Shown here one piece after another: positions 11,176 to 23,355 of a stretch of 64,000 nucleotides of DNA. Below the pieces are notes generated by a model that saw only the letters and a list, made by a program, of their open reading frames with translations, was not told where the DNA came from and made no database searches. Position 1 is the first letter of the stretch, and every line of letters starts with the position of its first letter. The stretch is from Octopus vulgaris (Eukaryota): the NCBI GenBank assembly GCA_951406725.2, contig OX597814.1, positions 166,160,001 to 166,224,000 on the forward strand, in the 5' to 3' direction. The translations under genes and the position numbers were made by a program.

Positions 11176-11520
11176 GGTTCTTTTTATATAATCATATCAT
11201 GCATATAATAAACTTCATATAATTTACCACTGGGATACACCAAGTCTGATTTACTGATATAAATCACAAAATACTTAGATTGTGTTTGATTGCAAGTTTT
11301 TAAATAGCTAACATGCTAATGTAATGGATATATAGGAAAAGATATGATAAAAACAAAGTAGAGCCTGTATCATTTGTTCCCTAAACACACACACACACAT
11401 GCATTAGTGGCAAGAAGGATGAATAGCCCCACATAAATCATATAAAAAAATGGAACATGCAAAGGAGATGTGGGTTTCACAAACTGCATCTCAAGTTACC
11501 CGACTATGAGGACAATAATT

Positions 11521-11780
11521 CATCATCATCATCATCGTTTAACATCTGTTTTCCATGCTAGCATGGGTTGGACAGTTCAACCAGGGTCTGGGAAGCCAGG
11601 AAGCTGCACCAGGCTCCAGTCTGATCTGGCAGTGTTTCTACAGCTGGATGTGTAGTGGGTGCTTTTTACGTGCCACTGGCACAGGGGCCAGAGGAGGTTG
11701 GTAACAGTCATGATCGGTTGGTGCTTTTTACATGTAACTGGCACGCATGCCAGTCAAGGTGGCGCTGACATCAACCATAT
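11521..11780 (-). mobile_element. RTE-tail retroposon copy
   Basis: Same catcatcat-cgtttaac..gctagcatgggttggac terminus. Confidence 0.8.
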
Positions 11781-12628
11781 TTCTGAATAAAAACTGATGC
11801 AAAGAGGACACTTTTGTCCTCTTTACTGGCAACCTCTCTAGTGCCGGTAGCATAATGAAATGCATCTTGTACATACTGTAAGATATACAAAACAGAAAAG
11901 ACGAGTGATTTTCTTTGTGGTTTTGCGTGCCATATGGCAGAATATTACAATAGGAGGTAATATCAGCATAGAAGAAAAGGCTATAAAATGATGGGAATGA
12001 TGATGGTGATGATGATGATGATGATTGTAACCAAGATTACGAAATACATTGAAGGTCTCATGCAACCAGCTCTGTATGGCAGACTATGCATATTTAATTG
12101 AATAAAACTAACTACATGAAACTTTTAGGTATAAATTTATAATCCTGGATAGCACATATATGCAGACATGCATGTACACACACACATAAACACATACACA
12201 CACACACACACTTACAGACGCATACACTGTCTCAAAGATTCAGTATATTTTCATTTTCAAGAATAATTATTCATAGATTTGTTTATATATATTTTCTTTT
12301 ATGTTTCTTATTTACTCTTTGTAATATTTTATGACTGAGTCATATTTTTATTGCAGTAGAACATTGTAAGACATTACGTACAGTTAGGATATATTTTGGA
12401 CAAATTAAATTAGTGCTCTTTATTGCAGTTCTTCAACATTGTCTCAAACACACCACCATCACCAGCAGAAGAATCTCCACCATCACAGTCATCAACATCA
12501 TCATCATCATTGATGTCTAATTTCTTTTCACTAAATGCCTGTTTTGCTGTTTTTCATAAGTTAGGAAGGTTTTTATAGGGCTATTAGATATCATAATATT
12601 AGGTATTATAGGGCTATTAGGTATCAAA

Positions 12629-13036
12629 GGCAGCAAGCTGGCAGAAATGTTAGCACGCCGGGCGAAATGCTTAGCTGTATTTCGTCTGCTGCTACGTTGT
12701 GAGTTCAAATTCCGCCAAGGTCGACTTTACCTTTCATCCTTTTAGGGTCGATAAATTAAGTACCAGTTACGCACTGGAGTCGATGTAATCGACTTAATCC
12801 GTTTGTCTGTCCTTGTTTGTCCCCTCTATGTTTAGCCCCTTGTGGGTAATAAAGAAACGGGTATTTCGTCCTCCGCTACGTTGTGAGTTCAAATTCCACC
12901 GAGGTTGACTTTGCCTTTCATCCTTTCGGGGTTGATTAAATAAGTACCAGTTACGCACTGGGGGTCGATATAATTGACTTAATCCGTTTGACTGTCCTTG
13001 TTTGTTCTCTCTGTGTTTAGCCCCTTGTGGGTAGTA
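12629..13036 (+). mobile_element. Meta-type SINE followed directly by a 5'-truncated second copy
   Basis: Full copy ~12629-12858; second copy starts at ggtatttcgtc (~12860) and ends in poly(A). Confidence 0.88.
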
Positions 13037-13317
13037 AAAAAAAAAAAAAAAAAAGGTATCATAGTAAACTGGTTGCTGTTGTGAAACACCCCCACCCACA
13101 CAGTTCAATCCTGTCAATCAGATCTGTAATAAAAAAATATTCATTCCAGTCATGATTATCTTGGTCTTTTTAGATATCTAGTACCTCATTGTCTATTGTG
13201 CTTTTCCTAATTATAGAGGGTGGCAGTATTTGAAGGTGATTCAGCTAGTAATTTCTAACAAGTCACGTGACCACATACAGGTTATCTGGGTTAGTCTTAG
13301 AATAACTAATAAAATTC

Positions 13318-13550
13318 TTATTTCTTTATTGTCCACAAGGGGCTAAACATAGAGGAGACAAACAAGGACAGACAAAGGGATTAAGTTGATTACATTGACC
13401 CCAGTGTGTAACTGGTACTTAATTTATTGACCCCGAAAGGATGAAAGGCAAAGTTGATCTCAGCGGAATTTGAACTCAGAACGTAACGGCAGGTGAAATA
13501 CCGCTAAGCATTTCGTCTGGTGTGCTAACGTTTCTGCCAGCTTGCCGCCT
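13318..13550 (-). mobile_element. Meta-type SINE, inverted relative to 12629-13036
   Basis: Reverse complement of the same family. Confidence 0.88.
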
Positions 13551-13918
13551 TATAACTAATAAAGGCCTGGAAGCAAAGAATAACTAATCCCTTATTTTAC
13601 CATGGGTCCCCATATTAGCCCTAACTAGCTATATCTGACCAAAATGTTGAATGACAAAGTTATATCAATTTGAGGCAGCTTATCCCTTTCCCAGCTCTTA
13701 ATTACAATTTAAATTCATATGTGCAAAAATTATGATAAAAAAAATAAAAACAAACCAGATGATACTCCATCCATTCTTCAACTGTTTCAGATACATCGTA
13801 TTCATGTCCCATTAGTTATTACTATACAACATTGCACTTTATAACATACGCCTACCTGTCAGTCTATTTATTCTACAATGGTTCCTGTTCCTTTGATCTC
13901 ACAAGTTGAGAAACTTAC

Positions 13919-14081
13919 CAAAGCACGCTTGATGTGTGAATGTTTCTCCTTTCTTTATCTCTAGAATGTCTTGTTTCCCCAATTTTATACTGAAAAAAAC
14001 TTGACCAAGTCTCTTCCCCCAGAAATGCAACCCCTTGAAACTCTTTCTGTCTTTCTCTGCCCACAACTTCGATACAAGCAT
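13919..14081 (-). CDS. Probable internal exon (163 nt) of the minus-strand gene
   Basis: Acceptor ttttctgttcgtag| and strong donor TTG|GTAAGT around sequence I do not recognise as a repeat. Two of three frames are stop-free (ORF track 13899..14081 and 13915..14118). Confidence 0.65.
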
Positions 14082-14469
14082 CTACGAACAGAAAATTCAA
14101 ACTGAACATTAACTGCATATTTATGAAATGCTTTTTAAAATTTTGGATATTAAAGTTACTTAATTAGATAGGGATACACAAACACAAATATGGTGAAACT
14201 TTCCAGAAATCATCATCATGATCACGATTTAACATCCACTTTGTATGCTGGCTTGGGTTTGATTGGAACTGGTAAGCTGCAAAGCTGTAGTCTGATCTGG
14301 CATGGTTTTTACAGCTGATCTCCATAATTCTGGTATATAGATAAACATGATAAGATATGCCTACATGATATATACTGATAAATTTCAGACAGGACAGATA
14401 TATTTTATTTAAACTATATAACTAAATAAATCAACAATTGCTTGGTAGATAAGGAAAGCCCATGACCTA

Positions 14470-15170
14470 TCAGGAACTACCAGAGATGCTTAAAGTATCT
14501 GGCAGAGTGGGATATGACTTAGTCACCCATATAGTTAATCAGGTTGTCCACAAGAGAGTCATGCCCAACAACTAGTGTAGCAGCATTATAGTCAACTACT
14601 ACAAAAGTAAAAGTGACACCTTAGACAGAAATAATTATAGCAGTCTCAGATTGCTGGGCCAGGTGGTGAAAGTTACAGAAAGGGCCACAGCTCAACTTAT
14701 TAGGGAGAGAGTTAGCCTAGATAAGATGCAGTTTGGTTTTGTGTCAGGAAGAGGCATTACTGATGTTATCTTTCTGGTGGGGCAACTTCAGGAGAAATAT
14801 TTTACCAAAAATATACCACTAGGCTTGGCCTTTGCTGACATGGAAAAAGCCTTCAACAGGGTCCACTGCTCCCTTATCTGGTGGTCAGTGAGAGCTGTAC
14901 TAGCTATATACAGGTGTGCAGTCAGTTAGGTGAAAGTTGGCAATGAGTATTGCAAGGAATTTAATATACTGGTAGTTCAACAAGGATTGGTTCTCAGCTG
15001 CCTCATGTTTATCATAGTCCTGTAGGCTATAACAGAGGAATTTAAGACTGCTGTTGGGAGTTCCTATACACTGATGACCTTGTTCTTATTGCTGAATCAC
15101 TAGCAGAACTAGAGAAGAAATTTCAGGTGTGGAAGCAAGGTCTGGAAGCAAAGAATTAATTTAGCAAAGA
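14470..15170 (+). mobile_element. RTE LINE reverse transcriptase fragment
   Basis: LDRNNY..; MQFGFVSGRGITDVIFLVGQLQEKY; LAFADMEKAFNRV; LYTDDLVLIAES. Confidence 0.92.
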
Positions 15171-15469
15171 TCCACTGTAGGCTCCTCTTATTCCTCTCAA
15201 TATCACTTGCTATCTCTAAATATTTCCCCTCACACTCTTATGGTACATCTCCTATATCCCCTCTGTGCTACTTATATTCCCCACCACTGTTCCCTGTAGG
15301 TAGGCCCTCTCTCTCACTCTAACTGTATATTTCTGTCTCTCTCTCTCACATCCTTGTCTTACTGGGATAGCCAAGTATCTCCTTTGTAGTAAGACAGGTA
15401 TCTCCCACCTCTATCATGATCCACTCAGCTACTTCTTTTGGTTCTTCTCCCTTTCTCAGTTGAGATGTT

Positions 15470-15835
15470 CTAGTCTTGCAAGCTACTTGGCGATCCCATG
15501 GGTACTAATCCCGTAAAATGCATCTGTGCCGATGCCACGTAAAAAGCACTCGCATTGAAGCCATGTAAAGAGTACTCGTCCCGGTGCCATGTAAAAGGCA
15601 CTCGTGCCGGCATCATGTAAAAGGCACCTGTGCCGGCGTCACGTAAGAAACACCCGTGCAAGAGTTACGTAAAAAACACCCAATACACTCTGTGAAGTGG
15701 TTGACGTTAGGAAGAGCATCCAGCCGTAGAAGCCATGCCAAAACAGACAACAGGAGCCTGGTGCAGCCCTCCAGCTCCTGTTAAATCGTTCAACCCATGC
15801 CAGTATGGAAAACGGACGTTAAATGATGATGATGA
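15470..15835 (+). mobile_element. RTE 3'-UTR retroposon with an expanded ~26-bp minisatellite (15501-15680)
   Basis: About seven gtgccggNgccacgtaaaa(a/g)gcac-like units, then the family tail ending ggacgttaaatgatgatgatg. Confidence 0.8.
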
Positions 15836-16849
15836 ACGGCTAGAGAAAATTTTGGTGCAAAAACAAATTATAAGTTAACGAGTTTTCGTTATGTAACTGT
15901 CCGTTTAGAAAATTTAAACCCAAGTTTATATTCTGCATAATATCCGCCCTTTTATTGATTGTTCAATTAACCACCACAGTCGGCAATATCTGTACCCATA
16001 AAACTATAACAGACACATACTTCGTATTTCATTATTGATAGCTTATTCGTTGGTTTGAATAACACTATCTGACAAATAGGCACTCCTCTTGCTTGAGGTG
16101 TATTAATAATATATTTGGATGAGAGTATGACAGATGATGATTTCTTACGTCATTGTACTTTTGGTTTTGCTAAAATTAAGCTCAGATATTTTTCTCTAAC
16201 TTTCAAAGCCATACAACATTAAAATATTTACAAAACCTTCTCCTGTTAACCCTCACCCACCCAACTTAATGGAGCTAGCCTGCTCTGTCAATCACATTAC
16301 ACATTTTTTTGATGCATAGTTGAACTATAATTTATCATATATTCTGAGCTCTAATCTGTGTTTCATTGATTTTGTGCAGTTGTAGCTGCTGCTTTACAAA
16401 TATTGGAAACATTTTATGCCTCACTGTTTCGAGTTTGAATTCATCCATTATCCCCTCTCCCCAAAAGTGGTTTTGCGTTCAATCAAAACAAATCCTTCAT
16501 TCATTCAGTCATTTATTATTATCATTTCTCTTTTTCTTTTCTTATTTTTTTTTACCTGATTTGACCCCGTGAGTACAAAGAAGGATGAGAAAAATCTGAC
16601 CCGAATATAAGAAAAATGTTGTGAAGAATCAACTGAAAAAGTTGTTGAGTGGAATTCTCAATTTCACCGAGTTTAGAAAAATATGATAATAATTTGGCAT
16701 AATATACATCAACGATGATGCTTATGATAATGATAATTATGTTCGGGTAAAGTTTGACCCAATTAACAAAGTATTACTACGTCCGCTCATTATGGTAAGT
16801 TAATATAATTAAGACATGATACTTTAAAAGAATAATTTCTACACACATA

Positions 16850-17048
16850 TAGGGTAGCCCCAAAGTAGGTTTACAGCTATTCAACTATCTCTTTTGAATT
16901 CTTAGATCTTAATTATAAAAAAATATGAAACCATTATTCTATACTAATTTAGTTACTTGTAAGATAGAAATTTAAATATAATAAATTGTTTTAAAGGGAA
17001 TTTAAAGTGTCTGTGTGATAACTCTAAACTTACTTTTGGGCCTCCCTG
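16850..17048. mobile_element. ~200-bp Tc1/mariner-type MITE
   Basis: TA|tagggtagccccaaagtaggtttacag ... ctctaaacttacttttgggcctccctg|TA imperfect TIRs. Confidence 0.7.
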
Positions 17049-17246
17049 TATACATAAAACATCATTAATAATAATGATAATAATAATAATTAGAAGAAAA
17101 CGAAAAGAAAAGAGTAAAAAGAAAACGGAAAATTTAATTGGCGTTGCGTTAATAGTTGTAATTGCATTACTATAAATCTGCAATAGGACTTGTTCTTTTT
17201 TGTGTGCTTTTACATTGAAAATAATAATAGCAGTAACACAACCGAC

Positions 17247-17312
17247 CTTACAAAGAAAAATACATCTTTTCTTAGACCTACTGACACAGATCATATTTAT
17301 CCTACTCGCCAT
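17247..17312 (-). CDS. Probable coding exon 1 of an unidentified divergent gene (MASRINMICVSRSKKRCIFL[CK])
   Basis: aacATGGCG start context, 119 bp from the ArfGAP ATG. Two candidate donors: T|GTAAGG (exon ends 17252) and AAG|GTCGGT (exon ends 17247). Each joins an open frame of the exon at 14081-13919. Confidence 0.55.
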
Positions 17313-17431
17313 GTTCAGCGCAACTTTTTCTCTCGTCCCCACCTCTCCCAATTTCCACTTTCATTCATTATAGTGGCATAGCACTCGGTAACTTCCGACA
17401 TTTTCCGCATCGGGCATAGGCAAACGGCACA
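17313..17431. promoter_or_regulatory. Compact bidirectional promoter / 5'UTR region
   Basis: CpG-rich 119 bp between head-to-head ATGs. ETS-like acttccga near 17391. YY1-like ATGGCG motif overlaps both start codons. Confidence 0.6.
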
Positions 17432-17513
17432 ATGGCGGATGTAGGGAAAATGTTTCTTTTGGAGCTGCTCAAAGAAAATGGAAACAATGAATGTGCAGAT
17501 TGTGGATGTAAAG
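17432..17513 (+). CDS. ADAP1: Coding exon 1 of an ArfGAP zinc-finger gene, ADAP1/2 (centaurin-alpha)-like
   Basis: acaATGGCGG start. Translates MADVGKMFLLELLKENGNNECADCGCK plus 1 nt, then donor AAG|GTTAGT. LELL..GN..CADCG is the ArfGAP N-terminal signature. The 27-aa length before a phase-1 intron matches my recollection of ADAP1 (MAKERRRAVLELLQRPGNARCADCGAP|D). Too short for the ORF track. Confidence 0.78.
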
Positions 17514-20500
17514 GTTAGTAATTCGAAATCATTCCATTAGTTTATATATGTGTATTTTTGAAGAGAAGACGTTGGTATGTGATGAGACAAAATATTTTTC
17601 GGAACTTTAATTGGTGTATGTCTGTTTACAATGCGAGTCACGGTAACATTCATTAAGAAGTTGACAGTGCGTGTGTGTGTCTATGTTAGTGTGTATGTTT
17701 AAAAAAAATTACTTATCTTGTTTACAGTATTTTTTCTATTAATTACCTTCCATTTAGCTAGTTTTTTTTATTTCCAGATTTCATATATATATATAAAGTT
17801 TATGAATTGTCTTTGCATTTTTATTTTTTGTTGACACTCTCTCTCACACACACACATACATACAGATATATATATAATGTACACACTTCGTACGCACACA
17901 ATTGTCAACAACTCTACGCTGTGGGTACTTAGTCATGTATGATCGGTTACTCGAAGAAAATTACCGTATGTTATATTTAATTATAGTCATACCGGTCGCA
18001 ACTTCTTCACTGGAAGATTTTTTTAAAGCTAAAATGTGGATTGTTAAAAATATTGATCAATTAAGGAAATTATTGCAATCGCTTAACTTGACAAGGCTTA
18101 GTAAATTTAGAGATAAAGATAAGCTTATCTGTTTTCTATAGAATTTGTCACATTCCCCGAGTAGGCGTGTCTGAGAAAGTTATTAACATGTGAGATCTCT
18201 TCTTCCTTTTAGTCGATTAGAAATGACTTTTTATTAAGGTTTCATAAAAGATATTTAGATGACAAGACAGGATAATAATTTTCTCATGACTATTTTCGCT
18301 CTTTATCTTATTATTTTTTATAAATGTCCGTCTTTGTTATTCTGTTCTCCCTCCTCTTTATTGATTTTACTCTTATATATATTCTCAATACCGAAGACTG
18401 TGTCTTTGTGTTCTATAATCAAGTAATAATGTCGAGCGATTCCCTCTTAGAATTCCTTTGGAATTCGCAGGGTACAAAACAGTTGTTTTTTCTGTTAGAA
18501 AATGAAGTCATTGCGAGTGAGAGGTGTCATGCCTCTCGTATGGAAATTCACATGACGTTCATTCCTCCCTACCAAAAATTCTTGTGTTTCCTCATGCCTA
18601 AGGATTCATATTTTAATTTATTTTGATTTCTGTTCCGTATTGTTCAGTTAGTGGAAATCGACTTCAGTCTTACCCGGCGACTTGCTCTAGAGGAGAGAGT
18701 CGATGAATACCTGTCATATACTAAGGTTCATGTTAAACGACCATACTGCTACCTCCTAACCACTCGCCTCGGGGTGCCTTGTGACTGGAAAATGGCGCAG
18801 AGGGTGGAGGGTCGGCCTAAATAGCTTTACAGCTTTTTAATCAAAGCATGATGGTTTTCTTTTTCCTTTCCTCCCCCATTTTTCCGAGTTCAAATCCAGC
18901 TGAGGAATTCAACTTTGCTTTTTATCTCTTTGATGATTGAACAAGTATCAGTAATCTACTGGGATGGAGTCTGTGAAATTAATCTCTTTCTTTCATTAGA
19001 AAAAAAGGGGCCTCGTGACTCAGAAATAAATAATTACTTTCGTCATATTGTAGCATTCCCAGCCGTTAGTTCGGTTTCGATCCTACTTCAAACCTGTTTT
19101 TTTTTTTTTTTTTGTAAATTATTGATTAATTATTATTATTATTATTATTATTATTTCTTTTGAGTTTAATGATGCTGCTAATACTGCTGGGAAAGTTCCG
19201 AACATCATAGTTTCCTATTTTGTTTCCGTTATCAATCTAAGGCCCAATATTTTAATTAGTTATATTGCGGATGTTTGAACCGGCCACTTGTGATAGTATC
19301 ACATAATTGTCCGTGTTTTACTAATTTCTCTTATATCCTTTACTGAAATCCTATATTACTCAGTTATTTACAATTAATTCGATTTTCTGCCACTTTTAAT
19401 CAGAGTACTGCTTAAAATATACACAGGCTGACTAATTTTCATCATAAACCGCAAGCAGGAGAGCAAATCAAACTTCTTTGGTTTCATCCTGTTTGGATTG
19501 TCTTGTCTCTTTAACTATTGTCGTCATCATCGTCGTCATCATTACTTGAAAACATTTCCTCACATTTGCCTTTCCCTTTCATATCAAGACTGTGATACGG
19601 TTTGCTTTAATTGTCCATTTAAAAAAAAAATGAAAATAAAAAAAGGAACTTTTTCTATTACATTATTGCTGTATTTAAATAATACAGTAATAATGTGTAA
19701 ATACATATTTTAGTAAAGAAACACAAATGTTTGTAAGAATTATTTATTTGAATTTATTAATCATAAATATGAAGAATATCTACATAGTTCCTGTCCACTA
19801 AATCTTATTCTCATGGTAATTGGCCCAACCACATTTAGACAATCAGTAAAATGTTCTTTACGAGCATAGATGGAAATTATGATGATGATGGCGTTGACGA
19901 TGATGATTACGGCATGGTGTTAATATCAGACCTCTGTTGTTTCCACTCAAGAGTCGACATGAATCAGAGTTTCAATACTTATTAATTACTTCTTAGTGGT
20001 TGGAAATAATTGTGTTAGCAGGTGACATGTAAAGTGACAATCCATGACACTGGCTGACCTCTCTCTACCTATTATTGTCAGCCATTCTTTTGACCAGTGC
20101 ATTCAGCTTACCTATATCTAGACAATTACTAATGCTAAACGTTTGTAACTTGCACATAGCTTAACGGGACCGTGTAATGGTGTAATGAATGAGTACCGCA
20201 TAGTTTTCAGTGATTATCTAGTATGATTCAAGGGAAAACAGACTGAGATATTTTAGCTTGCATGGGATAGAAATTCTATCAGTGAATTTACTGCTTTTAC
20301 ATATTTTATAATGTATAGTTATGTAGTGAAAACATTACGTAGCCTACAACTCGTCTCCCTCTATCGCACCAGAAATTATTACTTTTTACCATATGTTCTT
20401 GACTCATTTCTTCATGAATTTCATATAAGAAAACACTTTTAGCATTGCTCTAAAGAGAGAACATGCAAACCTTAAATCAACTGAAAGGATCTTGTTTTCG

Positions 20501-21749
20501 ACCTAGTTGGTTCTCATTAGCTTCAATGCAGTTAGATACCCATATGTTCACTCAGGTTGTGTATAATTCAAGTATTATATACAATATTGGTTTCTAATTT
20601 AACAAGGCACAAAGCATTGAAGTTAATTGGTTGAAGAGTTTGCCTCACATTCATGTGGTTCTGGTTTCGATTCACCTGCTGGGCACCTTGACGAAGTGAC
20701 ATCTACTGTGTAGCCTCAAGTTGACAAATATCTTTGGTTTGAATTAATTAACTGGAAACTGTGTAGAAGCGCATGTGTGTACATCCATGTATTATTGTAA
20801 GATTGTTGATTTGTGATCGCCTATGAGTGATGCCAATATAAGAACAAAGACTAATTCTTCTTGTCAGGCAAGCTGTATGGACAGTTGAATAAATTCCAGA
20901 ATTTTGTACCTACTTATTTTATTGATTCCAGTAAGATGAAGGCAAAGCCGACTTTGGTAGGATTTGGAATCAAAATGTACAAGGATAAAAGTAAATACTA
21001 TTATGCATATAGTTTAGAGTTGCTCCTCTTTCTCAGAAGTCTGCCTTTTGTTTTATATTTATACTCATTTTTGTTGTCATTAGAGCTGTCTGTTTCTTTT
21101 GGTAGATTTTGATATCTCAAAATCAACAATGCAAATTTTGCTGAATATCCATATTTGGGGGTATGGACGATATACTTTAGTATTATAAATCAATTAATTA
21201 GACTAATTTTCCTCTGTACATTAAGATTGATGGCCTTAACTTCACTGTTATTTTTTATGTAAATGGCATCTTGGGTTATTTCCCTCCATTCATTATGCAA
21301 AAAAAAAAAAAAAAAAAAAGGGAATTTGTTTGCTCATCATTGTAATTATTACTTCTCATTGTCTTCTTGTTTTTATTGTGAAGATTTAAAATATTTTTTT
21401 AGCACAATCTGAATTATTTTACATTAAGTTTCCTGAGTTACTTTTCTACCCACAACTTTTATATAAGTAGTTCTCAGTTCTCATCAATCATTCAAACCAG
21501 CTGTCAATAACATCCAAATTTTTTCTTGTGAGTAATATGAAATAGCGTTAACTCCAAGTTGGCTACAAATTTTTGTATTTGGCACACATATATCTATAGA
21601 ATCTTACTTATTCCATTTCGTATTAAATGCCAAAAGAATTGCAACAGGCTAAGATATTATAATATATGATAGAGGAGTGTGAATTTTCTGAAGATGAAAT
21701 GATAACTGTGAGGAGATAGACTCAAAATGATGTTGGCCTGGTTATTTGC

Positions 21750-22640
21750 TCTTGTCAGTATGGAGTTGAAACAAATATTGGCAGCAAATACTGTGGTCTT
21801 AACTGTAAGACTATAGAGCCACCCTTTAAGAGTAGCAGATAAAGATTCTGTAAAGTAGAACCTTTTGGCATGGGACTAGAAAAACCAGCAGAAATTTGTG
21901 AGGTTAGAGAACTTGCTGGCTGTGAAACATATAAAGCTTCTTTTATATGAATAAGCATCTTCCAATTTATTCATGATGGTGTTTGACCTCCTATATGTGC
22001 TGTAAACAGTGCTTTTTACCTGTACAGTTGTTAGGTTGTTTTGAGGTTGTTGTCTGTGGTTGTGCGAGGGTTGTTAAATATATACCTTGAAGTATAGTAC
22101 TTGTCACCTACTTAACTATCTTGGACTGGTCAGAGGTGAAGCATGTTTGCTATCAAAGGTTTAGTAGTTCAGTATGGCAAAATGTTTGACTTCTGAACTA
22201 TTTGTATTCATGAAGGACAAATATAAGAGCCAAGCAGAGTTGAGAGCATTGGACAGTGAGGATGGTGACCTGAGAGGAAGGGAGGTAAACAAGCAACTAG
22301 GGGTTGAAGAATTTTGAAAACTGGTGCCGACAAAGGATAAATGTAGAGAAGTGAGGAAGAGAGAATTTAAGTCAGAATAACGAGACATCTTTGTTGTTAA
22401 TGTCCAGGTGGTGAGGTATATGGTTTGGAGAGTAGATTTTACAAAAGTGAAGACATTTTAGAAAAAAAATTGCAATACAGAATGTAGGCTTAAATAGCAA
22501 ATATATTAGAAATCTGGGTTGAGAAATGGTTTTTGTGCTGGTAGGAGGTGGTATTAAGATCATGGACTAAAATTCTCAAATATTGGCAGAGAGGAGAGAA
22601 ATTGTTATTGTTCCGTTTTATAGACTTTTTCACGTGTAAA
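21750..22640 (-). mobile_element. Highly decayed retroelement, probably Penelope-like
   Basis: Broken minus frames with an HIGGQT (YIGxT-like) stretch near 21985; composition like the other PLE remnants. Confidence 0.3.
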
Positions 22641-23141
22641 GTAAGTTAGCATTTGTGGGTTGCAGTTAATCACTATGACTTTCTCAGTATATGGAAGTTT
22701 TGTTTAAATTTTTGCAACAGAGCAAACTTTACTAAAACAAACCAAGAGTTTTGAGGTGTTGTTAAAACTACTTCACACTTTAAGCTTACCATGCTTAAAA
22801 TAATATAGCCTAGATTTTTATTTTATTTTTATCATGACATCAGTACAAGAGACACTCTCTTACAAAACTCACAACCATCTCTTCCTTCCTTCAACTAGTC
22901 ATTTTCAGTTTGGAACGACCAGGATTGTAGTTAGGCTGCTGCCTTTGTAGCAACAGAAGCACCATTTTTTTCCCCTGAGGTGGTTCTCTATCTAAATTGA
23001 AGAGGAAGAATACACTAAAGTACTTTTACTATTTAGATTTTTGTACTGGATCTTCTGAATAGCAGTTTCAGAGACTTAAATATTATCTCACTGGCTTTTG
23101 CTATAGCTGAATATTTTTCAAAGAATTCCCTACCATTTTTA

Positions 23142-23355
23142 ACCTTTTTGATACTAACCACCCCTGGTTCTGTGATACAAAGTTCTTGTTTTTAAAGTCA
23201 TCTAAATCTAAACCTTCCATCAAAATTTCATGTTAATTTGTGTTCCCATACTAGCTTAATAACGACAAATTTATTTTATCAAGTTCTTTATTATTTTCAA
23301 AACTAACTGAAATAGAGGCAATGTATTTTAAGAGAAATATAACATCAAAAGGTTT
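23142..23355. mobile_element. piggyBac-type MITE (family of 52941-53159)
   Basis: TTAA|CCTTTTTGATAC.. and ..CAAAAGG|TTTA; body is the reverse complement of the 52941 family. Confidence 0.7.

Noticed and set aside
12410-12538. Acidic minus-strand frame AFSEKKLDINDDDDVDDCDGGD...
   Set aside because: Explained by (GAT/GGT) simple repeats. Acceptor is weak, and both exon-2 phases hit an early stop.
13919-14081. Resemblance of exon-2 peptides to the HPS4 N-terminus (W..FF.Y...D..R..I) or a GIY-YIG YKIGET motif
   Set aside because: Only a few spaced residues match and the neighbouring conserved positions do not; no gene name assigned.
15501-15680. Regularly spaced ~26-bp repeats as a CRISPR-like array
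   Set aside because: Contiguous diverged units without unique spacers, inside a eukaryotic retroposon UTR; no cas genes.
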